DNA of 64,000 nucleotides, taken from assembly GCA_963677485.1 (NCBI GenBank), contig OY781964.1:2464001-2528000 (forward strand), in the 5' to 3' direction. The translations under genes and the position numbers were made by a program. A model generated the notes under the pieces. It was given only the letters and a program-made list of their open reading frames with translations. It ran no database searches and was not told where the DNA came from. Position 1 is the first letter of the stretch. The number at the start of each line of letters is the position of its first letter. Of this stretch, positions 29,649 to 39,897 are shown one piece after another. This DNA comes from Armatimonadota bacterium. GTDB lineage: Bacteria > Armatimonadota > HRBIN16.

Positions 29649-31379
29649 TTATTGCCATCGAACGGCGTCTAGGCCCAGTGTGATCCCTGGACGCTCACGG
29701 AAGTCAAATACCAGGAATCGGAATGTTTCCAAATCCGGTATTGAACTGAGTGGTATGCGGTAATCCATCCAACTGGAGCTGAATACGGAGCCTTTCGGCA
29801 CCAGAGTATACGGCTTTGATTGCCAGAACTCTCGGTCTGCCGCAAAGAAGATATTGACAGGCCCGGGCTTGCCGTCGCCTTTTAGCATCAAATGTATCTC
29901 CTTGGCTCCCTTCCATAACTGGGTTTCAAAGTTGAAAAGCTGCACGGTGTTATCGACAAACGGGGTAATTGAATAGGCTCGTTTGCCTTCCGGGGCCGGA
30001 GTTGTAAATTCTGTGCTGCCGGCGATGTTCACAAACAGATCGTCGCCGCTCTCGGCGTTGATCAGCATGTTCGGGTATTTCGAATAAGCCGCGGTAATAC
30101 CCAGTGAAGATGGCTTCACTATTTGCGGCAGGTTGGCGGATGCTCCCAGGTTTTTCGTTTGAACCTGTCCATAAACCATTAGCTGCATCTCCGGGTCGTA
30201 ACAGGGCAGATTGACCTGGTAGCTGCCGTCTGATTGTTTCACCGCGGGTATGCGATGCCAAACGCAACCCTCAAACCTGGGCAGGGTTTTATAGCTGTAA
30301 TTCACATCGATGTATACTGGGGCCTCTTCAGAGTTGAATGAGAAATAATACACCAACTTACCGTCGACCACTGACAGCTTCCCGTCTGACACCGTCGGAA
30401 TGGGCGGTGTGTTATACAGCGTATGGAATATCCAGGGGTTATACCCCTCCAGCTCTTTACGGCCGGTCTGCGAGTGTGCCCGGTTTGGCGCGATCGCCAG
30501 GAACTTCACGCAGCGCAAGTGCGAATACATGTAGATCAAGGCGTCGAACTGCGAAAGATAGTCGTTGGCGCAGGACTGCACGTAGATGGGTGATGATCCA
30601 TACTCGCAGTAAGCGGCTGGCGAGTAGAGCCGATACTGTGCATAGTTAGCCTTACCGACATAGTCGACTACGGATTCGTCACCTTGTTTGTCTACCAAAA
30701 AGCCAGTTCCGTGCCAGATGAGGAAGGATTTTGGGCGGTTTTCAATCGCATGAAGCAGACCGACAGCCTGCCCCGAGAGTGAATATCCTGAAACCATCAT
30801 CTGCGACAGGTCACACTCAGGGCGTGTGCCGACATAGGTAATCGTGCGCCGCAATGCGACCACCAAGTGGTAGAACCAGCTTTGCTGCGGATCCATGGGG
30901 TAGAACTGCTTGAACGGCGGGCCACCAAGGGTCAGCATCTGTTTTGGGTCTGTCTTGGCATCTGTGCTGCATACCATGACACCACACCGGCCGGCCAACG
31001 CTTCCGCTATCAGTGGCTTTGTATTGACTCCCTCATTGATGACCGTTAAATGCACCGGCAGTTTCTGAGCATTCTTGGGGTATACAAGGTAAAGAAATAC
31101 GCGTACACCGGGTCGACCAGTGATTCGGATAGCCTCGATGACGATCATCTTTTTGGTGCCGTCTGCCGCGGTCATCATCTGCTCTGTGCGTTTGATCACA
31201 TCAGGTGCCAACGGGACCGAATCGATGTCCTTAAGGTCGAAAATCCCTATCCTGCCGTTTACCGGTTGTCTGGGTTGAAGTGTCTGTGCGGTCAAGGCCG
31301 AAGCCGCTAGAGTAGCCAGAGCCACCAGCACGGCTATATTGCGGACACTTGTTTTGGCCATAAATCGTTCTCCATTCAT
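29649..31379 (-). CDS. Secreted alpha/beta hydrolase (esterase-like) with C-terminal CBM-like domain
   Basis: Signal peptide; LRRTITYV..PECD, nucleophile-like GYSLSG, ANDY, AHS. Confidence 0.65.
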   Translation of the reverse strand: MNGERFMAKTSVRNIAVLVALATLAASALTAQTLQPRQPVNGRIGIFDLKDIDSVPLAPDVIKRTEQMMTAADGTKKMIVIEAIRITGRPGVRVFLYLVYPKNAQKLPVHLTVINEGVNTKPLIAEALAGRCGVMVCSTDAKTDPKQMLTLGGPPFKQFYPMDPQQSWFYHLVVALRRTITYVGTRPECDLSQMMVSGYSLSGQAVGLLHAIENRPKSFLIWHGTGFLVDKQGDESVVDYVGKANYAQYRLYSPAAYCEYGSSPIYVQSCANDYLSQFDALIYMYSHLRCVKFLAIAPNRAHSQTGRKELEGYNPWIFHTLYNTPPIPTVSDGKLSVVDGKLVYYFSFNSEEAPVYIDVNYSYKTLPRFEGCVWHRIPAVKQSDGSYQVNLPCYDPEMQLMVYGQVQTKNLGASANLPQIVKPSSLGITAAYSKYPNMLINAESGDDLFVNIAGSTEFTTPAPEGKRAYSITPFVDNTVQLFNFETQLWKGAKEIHLMLKGDGKPGPVNIFFAADREFWQSKPYTLVPKGSVFSSSWMDYRIPLSSIPDLETFRFLVFDFRERPGITLGLDAVRWQ

Positions 31380-31627
31380 CGCATCGTGGCGAAAAGGTAT
31401 TCGGAAGAGTTTGTGCCCTACTGGGATGCGCTTACGGCAGCGTGAGCTAGCCCAAGATTCACGAACTGATGTTATTTTACACTCAACTACAATTATACTG
31501 ACTTTATATTGGCATACTATGGTATCAACTTTGATAAAGCAATGTTTTCGTGTTTGCCGCCGTTATTGTAAAATGATAACAACTGGTGACACCGCACATT
31601 ACCGTGTTTGCAGTAGGGAGTTATTCG

Positions 31628-32500
31628 ATGGACCACATCATAGGACCGCTGACACAGCTCTATTTATTACTCATGGTGGCATACATCGCCTTCATCATCG
31701 TGAATCATAATCGCACGGCATCTGGGCAACCACCTATACGCGCTGCCGTCTGGAGCTACACCGATGCCTGGCCGATGGTTCACGCTGTGGCGATTATATC
31801 GATGCTGGGCACACTGACGGCCGCCATGTTTAGAACGGGTAAAACCGGCTCTGGTCGATTGGATTTCCTGACTGTTTTGCTGCCTTCAGCGTTCATGCAG
31901 AATGCAGGCATGGTCATCGTGGTGCTGTTGTTTGTGTGCGCGTTATACCGAATCAGCGGCAAACAGCTTGGATTTACATTTGACGCCAAGCAACTTATGA
32001 AGGGGATCGCGATCGGTGTGCCGACTTTCGTTGCTGTGGCGCTCTTGGCCATCACTTTGATTGCGGTGTTACACGGGCTATTTGGGGCCGCTGCCGTGAA
32101 CAAACTTGTCGAAATAAGTGACAAGCTAAACGGTGCGAACCAGATCATGGGTGATTTGAAAACAAACAAAGAGCTGCTGGGATTTATCATCATGGCCTCG
32201 GTGTTGGCACCGATTGGTGAGGAGTTCTTTTTCAGAGGCTGGTTATTCAACATGATCAAAATCCGAACCACCAAAATTGGATTGGCAATCTGGGGATCGG
32301 CGGTGTTGTTTGCGCTCATTCATGTGGCCCCTTTATCGATTATGATGATCATACCGCTTGGCGCGTGGCTGGCATGGAGTTACCATATATCGGGAAGCAT
32401 ATGGAAGAACATAGGCATTCACTCATCGTATAATTTGATGATGTGCATCATATACGTAGTAGCGAAGTCTTATGGCTTAGATATCGACAAGGTAATATAG
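31628..32500 (+). CDS. CPBP (CAAX/Abi) intramembrane glutamic endopeptidase
   Basis: EEFFFRG, FALIH and HSSYN motifs; multiple TM segments; ATG at 31628 after AGGGAG preferred over GTG at 31586. Confidence 0.9.
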   Translation: MDHIIGPLTQLYLLLMVAYIAFIIVNHNRTASGQPPIRAAVWSYTDAWPMVHAVAIISMLGTLTAAMFRTGKTGSGRLDFLTVLLPSAFMQNAGMVIVVLLFVCALYRISGKQLGFTFDAKQLMKGIAIGVPTFVAVALLAITLIAVLHGLFGAAAVNKLVEISDKLNGANQIMGDLKTNKELLGFIIMASVLAPIGEEFFFRGWLFNMIKIRTTKIGLAIWGSAVLFALIHVAPLSIMMIIPLGAWLAWSYHISGSIWKNIGIHSSYNLMMCIIYVVAKSYGLDIDKVI

Positions 32501-32501
32501 C

Positions 32502-33314
32502 ATGGAAAAAAATAGAACTGGTATTATAGCGGCGTATGTGCTGCTTCTGATGTTTGGATTAGGTTTCATCGTCCGCTACAGCGGTTTGAGCCTAATTGGA
32601 GTGAAGCAGACGCAAGTGGCCTTCTCAAAGATAATGGACCAATCGGGTGACAGCCAGGCGTTGTACGAAGAGGCACTTCGGCGTTTAGGCGATCGGGCTG
32701 AGATTACGAAACAACAACAAGTATTGGGCATTCTCGCCAGTATGTCGGCATACCGTGCTGTCAGGCAGGTTGCCAGTCACCTGCTCAGTCAGCCCGATAT
32801 TGCCAATGACAAAGTCAACCGCCGTATGCTTTTGTCGATGAGAGGGGCAGCCTCCCTGGAAACCGGTTATATGAAAGAGGGTCTGGCTGACTATGAGGCC
32901 AACTGGAAGGCAAATTCTAGCGAAGCGAAAGCCAAAAACGACTTAGCTTATGCGCTGGTGCTGAACAAAGTGGACCTGGACCGTGCCGAGGGGTTGGCTG
33001 CGCAAGCCTACAACAGTGAGAACAACGCCAGTTTCGCAGACACTCTGGGATGGATAGCCATTTACCAGGGGAACTACAGCAAAGGGTTGCAGTTACTGCT
33101 GGATGCATCTGGCGATGTGCCGGATGCGTATGAAGTCAGATATCATGCCGGAGTGGCATACTGGGCCACGGGTGACTATGCCAAAGCTGCGACCGAATTG
33201 ACGATGGCGATCAAGCTTTACAAGACGAATCGCCGTGGTACGAACTCCGCCTATCAAGCGGTACTCGATCTAGTGAACGCCAAAACGCCTTTCAGGACGG
33301 AGCTGATTCCGTAG
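32502..33314 (+). CDS. Membrane-anchored tetratricopeptide repeat protein
   Basis: N-terminal TM; AKNDLAYAL, FADTLGWI and VRYHAGVAY TPR patterns. Confidence 0.85.
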   Translation: MEKNRTGIIAAYVLLLMFGLGFIVRYSGLSLIGVKQTQVAFSKIMDQSGDSQALYEEALRRLGDRAEITKQQQVLGILASMSAYRAVRQVASHLLSQPDIANDKVNRRMLLSMRGAASLETGYMKEGLADYEANWKANSSEAKAKNDLAYALVLNKVDLDRAEGLAAQAYNSENNASFADTLGWIAIYQGNYSKGLQLLLDASGDVPDAYEVRYHAGVAYWATGDYAKAATELTMAIKLYKTNRRGTNSAYQAVLDLVNAKTPFRTELIP

Positions 33315-33341
33315 TAAACCGCAACTTCTCCTCCGGATGGC

Positions 33342-33815
33342 CTCACGCGGAGAGCGCGAAGGGGAAGGACCATCCACAGATTACGCAGATTACGCAGATT
33401 ACGCAGATTGGCTGAACCGCGGATAGACGCAGATGAACGCGGATGGGACATCTCATGACCGGGGCGGTCATGCAGTAACCTGGCGGCACCAGAAAGCTCA
33501 AGACCGTGCGGGTCTTTTGTTTGAACCACGAATGAACACAGATAGACACGAATGGACGCAGATGAACGCGGGTGATCGAACCACAACGTATAAGCTATTG
33601 GCCAAACCGTAGTTAACGCCAGACACACAGTGCGTAGTCACATACCTCCGCGCCTTTGCTTCTTGGCGTCTTTGCGTTGAATCCCGATTCTACCATCCAT
33701 GTCATCCGATCCATCTGCGTTCATCTGCGTCTATCCGCGGTTAAGACAATCTGCGTAGTCTGTGTAATCTGTGGATGAATCCTCCCCCTCCGCGTCCTCC
33801 GCGTCTCTGCGTGAG
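33342..33815. repeat. Nested inverted repeat (A-B-C...C'-B'-A') built of CRCRRAK modules
   Basis: A ctcacgcggagagcgcg, B catccacagattacgcagatt and C aaccgcggatagacgcagatgaacgc, mirrored at 33711-33815. Confidence 0.88.
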
Positions 33816-33847
33816 ACACACCCACAGGAGCCCACACCACCCCAACG

Positions 33848-35602
33848 CTATATCCGCTCCGGGGTGCCCTTGCGCAGCTTCAGCATGTTGCCCTTCATCG
33901 TCAGCTCTCGCGCGGGTGTGGCCGCCAACTCTACCGCGGCGGTGACGTCGCGCCGCTGGTCGCTCATCTCATTATCGGAAATAGTGATCGCCTTGCATCG
34001 TGCCAGCCGGATCAACGCGGCCCGTCGGATGGTAGGCTTCTGCAGCGCGGTGCGGATGGTGTTCTTGCGGATGGTCACTTTGGCGCAAGCCTGCAGCGAG
34101 ATCGCACAGCCGGGATAGTCTGTGAAGGAGTTGCCCTCAATCAAAATGTTGGTGGCATACGGCGTGGCTGTGGGCGCGTATTTGGAGTCGATCGAGCCAA
34201 TCTCAATGGCCCCGCTTTGTGGACTGCCGCTGTAGAATCGCCCTTTGCCTGTGCCGATGATCTTGTTGTTTCGGATCACCAGGTTGTTGGGGATGGGACC
34301 TTCAGGCCAACCTGGGTCGTTGTGGATGACGAGCGCTGTGCCGTTGGTGTCGTTGATCAGGCAGTTCTCAACGATGCCGTTGCAGCCCTTCAAGTTAGCC
34401 GCAAACCGACGGTGCCCCTTCATGCTGCAACCTGTGATTTTGTAGCCATTACCGCTGGCGGACAGGTTATATAACGTGTCGGCCTTTTGGTGGGTATCGC
34501 CGACCACCACTCCACTAATGGGTGTGTCGAGGGTAATGGTGAGCTGCCCAGGCTGCTGATCAAGCTTGGTGACTCGCCCCTGCCCACGCACCACGCCTTC
34601 TAGACCGCTGAACACTTGCACCAGGTCGCCCTGCTTCATGTTGCTCCAGCCCATTTTGAAGCGCAGTTGGTCAGGGGCGGGCTGCTCGGAAACTACATAC
34701 GCGGGGCAGTAGATGTTGATGGCGTCGTCCGCCATGCCCTCGAAGTGGCAGTTTCGGATGAGCGGGCCCACGCGGTTGCTCTGGCAGTGGATGCCATCGG
34801 AGCAGGTGGTCAGCAGACGGTTGGTGCCCGGGCGAATCTTCACGCGAAGGTTCTCTATCAACGTCTGGTCTTTCGCGCCGACCAATGCCACATTCAGGCT
34901 GCTATAGCTGTAGATTGTGATATTGCGGAACACCACTTTGCTGCTGTCGATGGCGTGCAGAACGCTCAATCCCAACCGGGCCAGCATCACATACAGGTCA
35001 CCGGGTACCACATTGTCCAGTACCCAACGCTGTTCAGGGGTGGTGTCCAGTTGCCAGTCTTGGCCGCCCAAGTGGGTGTATTTGATCACGGGGTAGTAAT
35101 CACCCGCGCTGCTCTTTGGGTTGCGCGTTTTGGGGTCCATCACCATGCCCCAGTTCTGGTAGGGTGGTTTGGCCTCAGCATACCACGGCTTGTTGAAATC
35201 CGGGTAACCCTCATCCAGCCGCAGGTGCATGTTGCCTTCTTTGGCGTTGACCTTGATGATCACGCCCTGGCTGAAGGGCAGGGGGTCGCAGTCGAAGATG
35301 AGGTCTTTCACGGTGATGTTCTGGCAGTTCTGCAGCAGAATGCCCCAGTCACGCGGGTCGGTGAAGATCAGCTCCGACTTGCCAGGCACACCCTGCAGGG
35401 TGATTTCTTTCATGCCGTTCATCGTGAGGGTGTTTTGGTGGTTGGAACTGGGCTCGCAGTTCAACAGATACCGGCCGGCCGGTACCTGGATAATGGCGGG
35501 CTTGCCTAGCTGCTTGGCTTTGGCCGCCGCGGCGCGCAGTGCGGGGCCTGCATCTTCGTTTGGCTTCGCGCCGAAGTCCGTGATATTTAAAATTGTGGGC
35601 AT
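33848..35602 (-). CDS. Right-handed parallel beta-helix protein (GH110/pectin lyase-like)
   Basis: NITDFGAKP start; DCDPLPFSQG, CSDGIH and MADDAINI motifs. Confidence 0.8.
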   Translation of the reverse strand: MPTILNITDFGAKPNEDAGPALRAAAAKAKQLGKPAIIQVPAGRYLLNCEPSSNHQNTLTMNGMKEITLQGVPGKSELIFTDPRDWGILLQNCQNITVKDLIFDCDPLPFSQGVIIKVNAKEGNMHLRLDEGYPDFNKPWYAEAKPPYQNWGMVMDPKTRNPKSSAGDYYPVIKYTHLGGQDWQLDTTPEQRWVLDNVVPGDLYVMLARLGLSVLHAIDSSKVVFRNITIYSYSSLNVALVGAKDQTLIENLRVKIRPGTNRLLTTCSDGIHCQSNRVGPLIRNCHFEGMADDAINIYCPAYVVSEQPAPDQLRFKMGWSNMKQGDLVQVFSGLEGVVRGQGRVTKLDQQPGQLTITLDTPISGVVVGDTHQKADTLYNLSASGNGYKITGCSMKGHRRFAANLKGCNGIVENCLINDTNGTALVIHNDPGWPEGPIPNNLVIRNNKIIGTGKGRFYSGSPQSGAIEIGSIDSKYAPTATPYATNILIEGNSFTDYPGCAISLQACAKVTIRKNTIRTALQKPTIRRAALIRLARCKAITISDNEMSDQRRDVTAAVELAATPARELTMKGNMLKLRKGTPERI

Positions 35603-35690
35603 GGCACCGTCCTTTGGGTGGGTTATGATTACCTGTATGATAGCAGAACGGCGGGGCCAGGGGAAGGTGCTTCGCGTGTATCTATTGGTT

Positions 35691-36122
35691 TCGCAGATGA
35701 CGCAGGGGGTTGGTTAACCACGAATGGACACGAATGGGATCCAACGCAAAGGCGCAAGGATGCAAGGACGCAAAGGGGGTGAATTCCCTGGGACGTCAAT
35801 CACCTGATTGGCATCTTCCATCCCATCCTCCCCATCCGTGTCATCCGTGTAATCCGTGGTTCAGACAATAGACGTTCATCCGCAGTATATGCCAGTGAAC
35901 CACGCGGTCATACTCGCTCTGCGTCTTTGCCCCTTTGCGTCTTTGCGTTGGTTCCCATCCTCCCCATCCGTGTCATCCGTGTAATCCGTGGTTCAGACAA
36001 TAGACGTTCATCCGCCGTATATGCCAATGAACCGCGCGGTCACACTCGCTCTGCGTCTTTGCCCCTTTGCGTCTTTGCGTTGGTTCCCATCCCTCTCCGC
36101 GCCCTCCGCGTCTCCGCGTGAG
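35691..36122. repeat. Composite CRCRRAK cluster containing a 132 bp tandem duplication
   Basis: Unit TCCCATCC... at 35821 and 35953, with the next boundary at 36085; aacgcaaaggcgca and ctttgcgtctttgcgtt inverted modules. Confidence 0.85.
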
Positions 36123-36142
36123 TCAATCCCCTCTGCGTCGGA

Positions 36143-36547
36143 TCACTCGCAATACATCCGCACACCGTCACCGCCATCTACCATGTTGATCGTCATCTCG
36201 CCCAGACCATCGATCAGCTCCTCAATGTTCTCGGGGTTGATGTTGTTCAGGTCGAAATGCATGTTCTGCTCACCCATCTTCTTCAGCACTTCAGGGGGCA
36301 TCATCGCACCCAGTTTCACACCGGCGCGGATGAGTTTCAGCGGGATACGCATCTCCATTTTGATCTGGCCGCCTTCGATGATATTCATGATCAGCCATTG
36401 CGGTTTTGGTTTCGTCACCACAAGGGCGGGTGTGGGCTCGATGGGCTTTTCGGCCTCTTTCAGTGCGTCCAGTAGTTTCGCGGCCTCGTCCACGGTGATC
36501 TTTCCTTCGGCCAGCATGTCCAGTATCTTCTTACTTTGTTCTTGCAT
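36143..36547 (-). CDS. SHOCT-like domain protein (DUF2089-associated)
   Basis: KKILDMLAEGKITVDEAAKLLDAL N-terminus; MRIPLKL. Confidence 0.8.
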   Translation of the reverse strand: MQEQSKKILDMLAEGKITVDEAAKLLDALKEAEKPIEPTPALVVTKPKPQWLIMNIIEGGQIKMEMRIPLKLIRAGVKLGAMMPPEVLKKMGEQNMHFDLNNINPENIEELIDGLGEMTINMVDGGDGVRMYCE

Positions 36548-36563
36548 TATGCGCCTCCTGCGG

Positions 36564-36839
36564 CTAAATGATGGTGATTGAAAACTGCTTGTTGTTTTCG
36601 CGAAGGGTAAAATGCACCCCGCGCAGTTGCGATGGCAGCATAAACATGCGGAGAGCCACCTCAGTACCCCGCATTAGCCCCTCCGAATGGCATTGGTAGC
36701 CCACATAAAAACTCGATATCGCCGAGATGAGCAGGTGCACCGGTATGAGTAACGGCCAGAGAATGATGATCGGCAGCGGCAGATAATACCGTGACTGCGG
36801 GTTCTGCACATTCACGATCAACAAAATGGGCGGGATCAC
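36564..36839 (-). CDS. Small hydrophobic hypothetical protein
   Basis: LPLPIIILWPLL segment; 4-nt overlap with the upstream gene. Confidence 0.65.
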   Translation of the reverse strand: MIPPILLIVNVQNPQSRYYLPLPIIILWPLLIPVHLLISAISSFYVGYQCHSEGLMRGTEVALRMFMLPSQLRGVHFTLRENNKQFSITII

Positions 36840-37219
36840 TGCTTCAATCTCCGCAAAGCCTCTTCTGCGTTGATCTCGCCACGGCTGAGGGCGTCCAGCA
36901 CCTCGTCGCTATTCGGTTCTATCAGTGGCGGCGTGCTGACCTGCGGGGCGAGTGCCGCCAGTTGCTCCCCAATGGCGTTCAGCCGGTTCTTCACGGTGGG
37001 GTAGCTGATGCCGAACAGCTTTTCCATCTCCTTGATGCTGCCATGGCAGCGCACGAAGGCGGCGATGAACACCTGCTCGCTTTCGGTCAGAGTGGATAGA
37101 AGGGGCAGCTCCCAATGGCCTTCGATGGCCACACCCTCATCTGGAAGCGTGACCCTGCTGACGGTCATTCGGCGGTTGCCTGTCAAACTCAGTAATGCGT
37201 GCCATTCCATAGTGGTCAC
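36836..37219 (-). CDS. DUF2089 family HTH protein
   Basis: FVRCHGSIKEMEKLFGISYPTVKNRL; C-terminal LSRGEINAEEA. Confidence 0.9.
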   Translation of the reverse strand: MTTMEWHALLSLTGNRRMTVSRVTLPDEGVAIEGHWELPLLSTLTESEQVFIAAFVRCHGSIKEMEKLFGISYPTVKNRLNAIGEQLAALAPQVSTPPLIEPNSDEVLDALSRGEINAEEALRRLKQ

Positions 37220-37224
37220 CTCCT

Positions 37225-37330
37225 TACGTATTAATAATACCTGCTGATATGATGATAATCAAGTAATTATGGTGTATTTATTGAAAATATTAATAAATTA
37301 GTAAAAATATGTAGTGATAATTAGCATTAT
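37225..37330. promoter_or_regulatory. Very AT-rich divergent promoter region
   Basis: AT-rich tract between the divergent DUF2089 operon and the GntR-type regulators. Confidence 0.45.
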
Positions 37331-37486
37331 GTGCTCATCAACTCATCTCAACCGCCCGAAATGTGGCCTCTACGTTTCTGGTATTTAATGTTCATCGCGT
37401 GATCGATTTAGCACAACCCGATAATAACGTGTAGAATTAACAATAGAGTGTGTTCTTGATATGCCAAAACGTGAGGGTATTTCGCC

Positions 37487-38602
37487 GTGAATGGACAGTA
37501 CCAGCCGATCTGCCAGCTTATAGCGAACCGGATTTTGTTAGATATCATCAAGCATGACGCTCTACAATTGGGGGAGCGTCTGCCCACGATCGCAACCCTG
37601 GTGAAGCGCTACTCTGTCTCCACCACCACCATAAGTGCCGCACTGGCCCAACTGCAGCAGGATGGCTGGATACGGGTCATTTCCGGCAGCGGCAGTTTCG
37701 TAGAGCGTGTCTATATGCAGCACGTGGTCCGCGGGAACCGCTGCCTGGGGTTGATCGTGCCGATTGTAGATAAGGAATTGACGCTGCGTTTGTTTCAAGG
37801 AGTGGAAGCCGAAGCGAACCGGAACGGCTGGCAACTCTCGCTGGCCGAATCTCACCAGAGTTATGAGCAGGAGAGGGTTGAGTTGCAGCGGATGTTCGAT
37901 TCGGGCTGCGAGGCCGTCGTCATTTCAGCCGTCCCCCGCACATATGAGCAGATCGAGTATGACTATATGGCGCGCGAGTTTACAGACCGCGCCATAGTGA
38001 TGGTCGACTGTGCCACGGTCAGTCAAAGGCGTCCGCAGGTCGTGTTTGACAACTATGGTCTGGGGTTTGATATGGCCACACTGCTCATCAAAAATGGCCG
38101 CGACCGGATCGCGTTCATGGTGAGCGATGATCTATTCACGAAATACAGCAACCCCGTCGTACTCCGCAGGATGGCAGGAGTGCAAGATGCTGTGAAGTAT
38201 GCAGGCCTGTCCGATGACCACCTGACGGTATGCCAGACGCACTACATGTTTGAGAATGATGGTCCCAGTGTTGAAGACTACTTCTTGAAGTGGAAGCACG
38301 ATGTGAATCGTGCTAATGCTATCATCACGCTGAATGATCAGCCAGCGATGAATGTGGTCTCAGTGGCCCTGCAGATGGGTATTGATATACCCAATGATCT
38401 GGTGGTATTTGGCCACGATAACTTGATGGTAGCCCGCAATTTCACCCCTCAATTTAGTACCAGTAACCCAGATTTCCCGTTGCTGGGGGCAACGGCTGCA
38501 CGCCATGCCATGGGTCGTGCGACAGGCGCAGTCAATCATCCCAACATCGTGATGATCCCGGTGGGTATCGTGACAAGGGGGAGCATACTCAATGTGGGGT
38601 AA
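37487..38602 (+). CDS. GntR-HTH / periplasmic-binding-fold regulator (AraR-like)
   Basis: GERLPTIATLVKRYSVSTTTI..GSGSFV; LacI-like effector domain. Confidence 0.88.
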   Translation: MNGQYQPICQLIANRILLDIIKHDALQLGERLPTIATLVKRYSVSTTTISAALAQLQQDGWIRVISGSGSFVERVYMQHVVRGNRCLGLIVPIVDKELTLRLFQGVEAEANRNGWQLSLAESHQSYEQERVELQRMFDSGCEAVVISAVPRTYEQIEYDYMAREFTDRAIVMVDCATVSQRRPQVVFDNYGLGFDMATLLIKNGRDRIAFMVSDDLFTKYSNPVVLRRMAGVQDAVKYAGLSDDHLTVCQTHYMFENDGPSVEDYFLKWKHDVNRANAIITLNDQPAMNVVSVALQMGIDIPNDLVVFGHDNLMVARNFTPQFSTSNPDFPLLGATAARHAMGRATGAVNHPNIVMIPVGIVTRGSILNVG

Positions 38603-39674
38603 TACACCTGAGAAGCTGGCTCATGCGGTATGGGCTCGATTTGTCGTGGGCGCACAGGATTTCGAGTGTGATGTGCTGCCACCCTTTGCGCATCTGCAGC
38701 GGTTGTTCGATTGCTCAAGGCGCGCTCTTGTGGGGGCCGTATCTTATCTGGAACAAAAAGGTATCGTCTCAAAAGACATCAAGCGTAAGGCATGGCACAT
38801 ACACCGTGATGTGACCTTGCCTTTGACCAAACGACGGCTGGGCGTGGTCATACCGATATTTGAACATGACGTGATCAAGAACTTGCAGGATGGTTTGCAG
38901 TCAACGGCTGAGCAACTTGGTGCCGTTCTAGTGCTCATGAAACATGAGTTAAGCCTGGCGGGTGAGAGAGAATGTATAGAGACTTTGATCAAGGCTGGCT
39001 GCTGCAGCCTGGTCGTCTATCCTTGTAATCGCACCTCCAGGCAAAAGACAAATGACTACCTGCTAACTGAGCGATATGGCATTCCCATAGTGATGGCTGA
39101 TTACGACTATTCTGAGCATGGATATCCCACAGTAGGCATCGACAACTACCAGTTAGGATTTGATGTGACGCAAACACTCATACAGATGGGGCATCAGCGG
39201 ATCGCATTTATGAGTTTTCCGCTCACCCCGGATAGTGCCCCAAATGGTGCCGTTCCGCCGCGGTACCGGGGGTACCGTAATGCGATGGCGAATGCGGGGT
39301 TGTCAGTGTTGCCCGAGGATCTATTGGTGGTCGGCAACACATCACTTGAGAATCTGATCGACCCGATGGCCGACTACCTGGAGAGGTGGAACCTAAACGG
39401 ATCTGGGCCCACTGCGATGATTGCATTGGATGACTTCTCTGCCCAGCAAATGCTCCAGATCGGTGAGGATCATGGGATTGAGCTAAAAGGCCGCTTAGCT
39501 TTAGCCGGATTTGACAACCTGGTAGGGATGCAGGATGCCCCGATAGCACTCAGCACCCATAGCGACTTCTACACTTTGGGCCGAATCGCCGCCAGGATTG
39601 CCTTATACGGAATACAGAGCGGTCACTATCGAATCCCAGCCAATGTGATCATCCGGCAAGACAGCAGCAGTTAG
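38592..39674 (+). CDS. Second GntR/LacI-type regulator (divergent HTH)
   Basis: LPPFAHLQRLFDCSR HTH; GHQRIAF, RYRGY, GFDN. Confidence 0.82.
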   Translation: MWGNTPEKLAHAVWARFVVGAQDFECDVLPPFAHLQRLFDCSRRALVGAVSYLEQKGIVSKDIKRKAWHIHRDVTLPLTKRRLGVVIPIFEHDVIKNLQDGLQSTAEQLGAVLVLMKHELSLAGERECIETLIKAGCCSLVVYPCNRTSRQKTNDYLLTERYGIPIVMADYDYSEHGYPTVGIDNYQLGFDVTQTLIQMGHQRIAFMSFPLTPDSAPNGAVPPRYRGYRNAMANAGLSVLPEDLLVVGNTSLENLIDPMADYLERWNLNGSGPTAMIALDDFSAQQMLQIGEDHGIELKGRLALAGFDNLVGMQDAPIALSTHSDFYTLGRIAARIALYGIQSGHYRIPANVIIRQDSSS

Positions 39675-39749
39675 GATTGGGCAGAAGGCAGGAGATAAGA
39701 GATAGCACCGTCGCATGAGCTCATGGCAGCCCGTACTGTATTTGATACG

Positions 39750-39838
39750 GTCGTAGGGGCGTCCCTTGTGGGCGCCCTAAAAACAAGAACTATAGAATGA
39801 ACAACGATTAGGGCGCCCACAAGAGACGCCCCTACGAC
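39750..39838. repeat. GTAG-type REP doublet (REPIN-like)
   Basis: 31 bp inverted arms GTCGTAGGGGCGTCCCTTGTGGGCGCCCTAA with one mismatch; 27 bp spacer. Confidence 0.85.
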
Positions 39839-39897
39839 TAGTCTTACTTGTCACATCGTCTCATGAGTTTCCATTCCCATATATAGGAGCGTGACGT

